Part shown: piece after piece, positions 61,721 to 64,000 of the stretch
How positions within the stretch are numbered: the stretch's first letter is position 1
Layout of the letters: each line of letters begins with the position of its first letter
Translations under genes and position numbers: made by a program
Assembly: GCF_040938485.1 (NCBI RefSeq)
Contig: NW_027271056.1
Coordinates: 2,108,001-2,172,000 of the forward strand
Source: Diadema antillarum
Lineage: Eukaryota
Direction of reading: 5' to 3'
DNA length: 64,000 nucleotides
The notes under the pieces: generated by a model
What the model saw: only the letters and a program-made list of their open reading frames with translations
Told to the model about the DNA's origin: nothing
Database searches by the model: none

Positions 61721-64000
61721 TACACCCCTCTGTCTCCTGTCAACAAATCTATCCGCTGAGATTTGATACAACTTTACCTTACCGTTCTGACAAGGCTTAT
61801 TCCCTTATAAATCAATAGGAAATAACAGAAATGAAAACTTTTCCATTTAAAGTACATTAAAACAACAAGGATGATGAAATTATACTCTAATTCATCTCTT
61901 GGGATAACTGACAAAATGCACAGAGTGTGAATAAATTGAAGACAGCAAAGAACCATATGAAAACCCTATTAGTGTTTACTTATGATTATACATGAGCTGT
62001 ATAAAGCACTTAGCATGGAATACACTTCTGGTGATGCCATGAGATCTGTGTCAAACCTTAAGAATTTTCCAACAATCCTCGAATTGAAGTGTTTTTCATT
62101 TTTAATTGTTTTCCCGTATTTCCAACACTAGTAAAAAAATACTACAATTCATTGTCTTGCAAAGCGTGACGGAAACGATAACTCTGCGGGGTGGGAATAA
62201 GACGAATAATGAAACTGTACCAAAGTGGAACAAATACGATACTTGAAGAAAAAGCTGCGGTGTGATATGACAGAATATCAAAAATTTTAATAGTCTATAT
62301 TAAGTACTGAATTCTTATCTTTTGTAAAAATATGTTAAATCTTCTGTGGAATATAAACAAACTTTATGATTTCTTATCATAGTTTGAAAGATGAAAAATG
62401 CTTACTTTTCCATTACTTAACTTCGCATTGTCATGAATTCAATTTAGAACAAATTTACAGACTATAGATGAACTGAAAGTAGAGGATATTTTGGGTTTTG
62501 TTCGCAGATAGCTTGATCACTCAAAAGAGATGTTTGCCAGGCAAACAAACAAACAAACAAACACAAAACGAAACAAAGCAAAACAAAACAAAAATCCCAA
62601 CTGAATTATGGAGTTACAAAGCACCTGGGAAATATAGGAGGAGGACAATAAAAGAATATTTGTTTTGGTATCAGCGATGATATTGATTTATGAACCACAT
62701 CAGAGGAAATGACTTGAACTAGACTGTAATATTTTGCAATAGATCTTTGTAATAGGTAATCACAACTTCGTGCGGGTCTGTCTTGATTTGAAACGTTGTA
62801 TACGTAATCCACATGGTGCTATTCTTAGATGACAACTTCTCTTAAGAGTCAATCATGACTGTTGATATGTATCATAAGACATGCACGTTCATCATGTTCA
62901 TCCCACCTATGGAAGGCATCTGATAAAAGACCTTCTTAGTCATAATTATTAGCGAGTAGTAAACTCTATCCGTTCGTCAGTCAGTGTGTCGATTAGCTGT
63001 ATACCTCTCTAACCTGATTTCTCTTTCCACTCCCCCCCCCCCCCTTCACAGGGTTTGGGGTGGGGCATATGGCGAAAAGGCTTTCATGTCATCTCCCGTG
63101 CCGTAACTCTAACCTTTGACCATCTTTGAGTGACCTTTGACCCCCACATGCAGACCCATCTTCCCACTCGATTTTACCGCCCTCACTGACGACGCATTTT
63201 ACGTACAGAATACGGATCACGCACTGCGAATCGTTCCTTGTCGTTTAGCTCCTCTATCCTTTCTGCTCCTTAGCAACCAAGACAATCAAGAACATTTACT
63301 GACATCACAAACATCAAATTGAGATGTACGAACAACGACATTCCGCCTGCATGCTTGTCACCACTCCTCAACAAAAACCACAATAACAACAACGAACAAA
63401 ACAGGTTTCTTCTGAAGATAAATAAAAACACAGCCTCAAATTCTCTCTTCGCACTAACTTGTAAGCCTAGAACCATGAGCCAAGTACACGTAATATGTAA
63501 ACATATATTGCTTGTTGGTTTGTTCACACATAATTGTTCAAACAAGACATGAGGTACAATTACAGCCTCGCTAAGTACCCTCAGAAATCTATTTATTTCT
63601 CCTTTATGAATGTGAGCTGAATTGCAACAACATTTTTGTTTTGTTTTCATTTGAGCAAAAATTGTTGTTGCAAAGCTTTCCTATAAATTGTGCATCATTT
63701 TAGAATTCTTTGCATGTACAATCTGTACTCCAGACGACTACACATAAACAAAATTTTCACTTTCTCATATTTGTCATAAACATTTTTTTTTTTAATTGAA
63801 ACGATAATTACGACAGAATTAAAAACCTGCTGACTACGAAGATTTCCCCGACTCACAGCCTACACTGATTCTGTTTTATTATCCCGGGCTAATGACAATA
63901 TTGATCGAGCCTCATTTACAAAGGAGAGCTCAGGAAAAGAGGAAACAAGAACAGTCCAGCAGTCAATGTGAAACAATCAAGTTATTTTGAGACCATTTTT

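Overview
AT-rich eukaryotic genomic DNA from a gapped scaffold (five N runs). It is rich in microsatellites, poly-C/G tracts and non-autonomous DNA transposons; the repeat style suggests a marine invertebrate, possibly an echinoderm (inference only). No complete gene, rRNA, tRNA or CRISPR array is visible. The best coding signal is a minus-strand probable first coding exon at 14819-14721 (MMEHSLYGPTSASMLHHHYPGAIPSAAHQSPYQ, ending at CAG|GTAAGC), with a possible next exon at 14534-14438. No conserved domain was recognised, so the gene is unnamed. The ~49 kb upstream of it is a gene desert with many CpG-rich non-repeat islands that look like cis-regulatory modules. Other notable features: a nest of TIR elements at 25.7-28.6 kb, a family of tiny CAGGGAGGTG-based hairpins (one flanked by a perfect 9-bp duplication), and a decayed Ty3/Gypsy-like RNase H relic at about 61.4-61.7 kb. 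Most ORFs in the supplied track are microsatellite, N-gap or chance ORFs.
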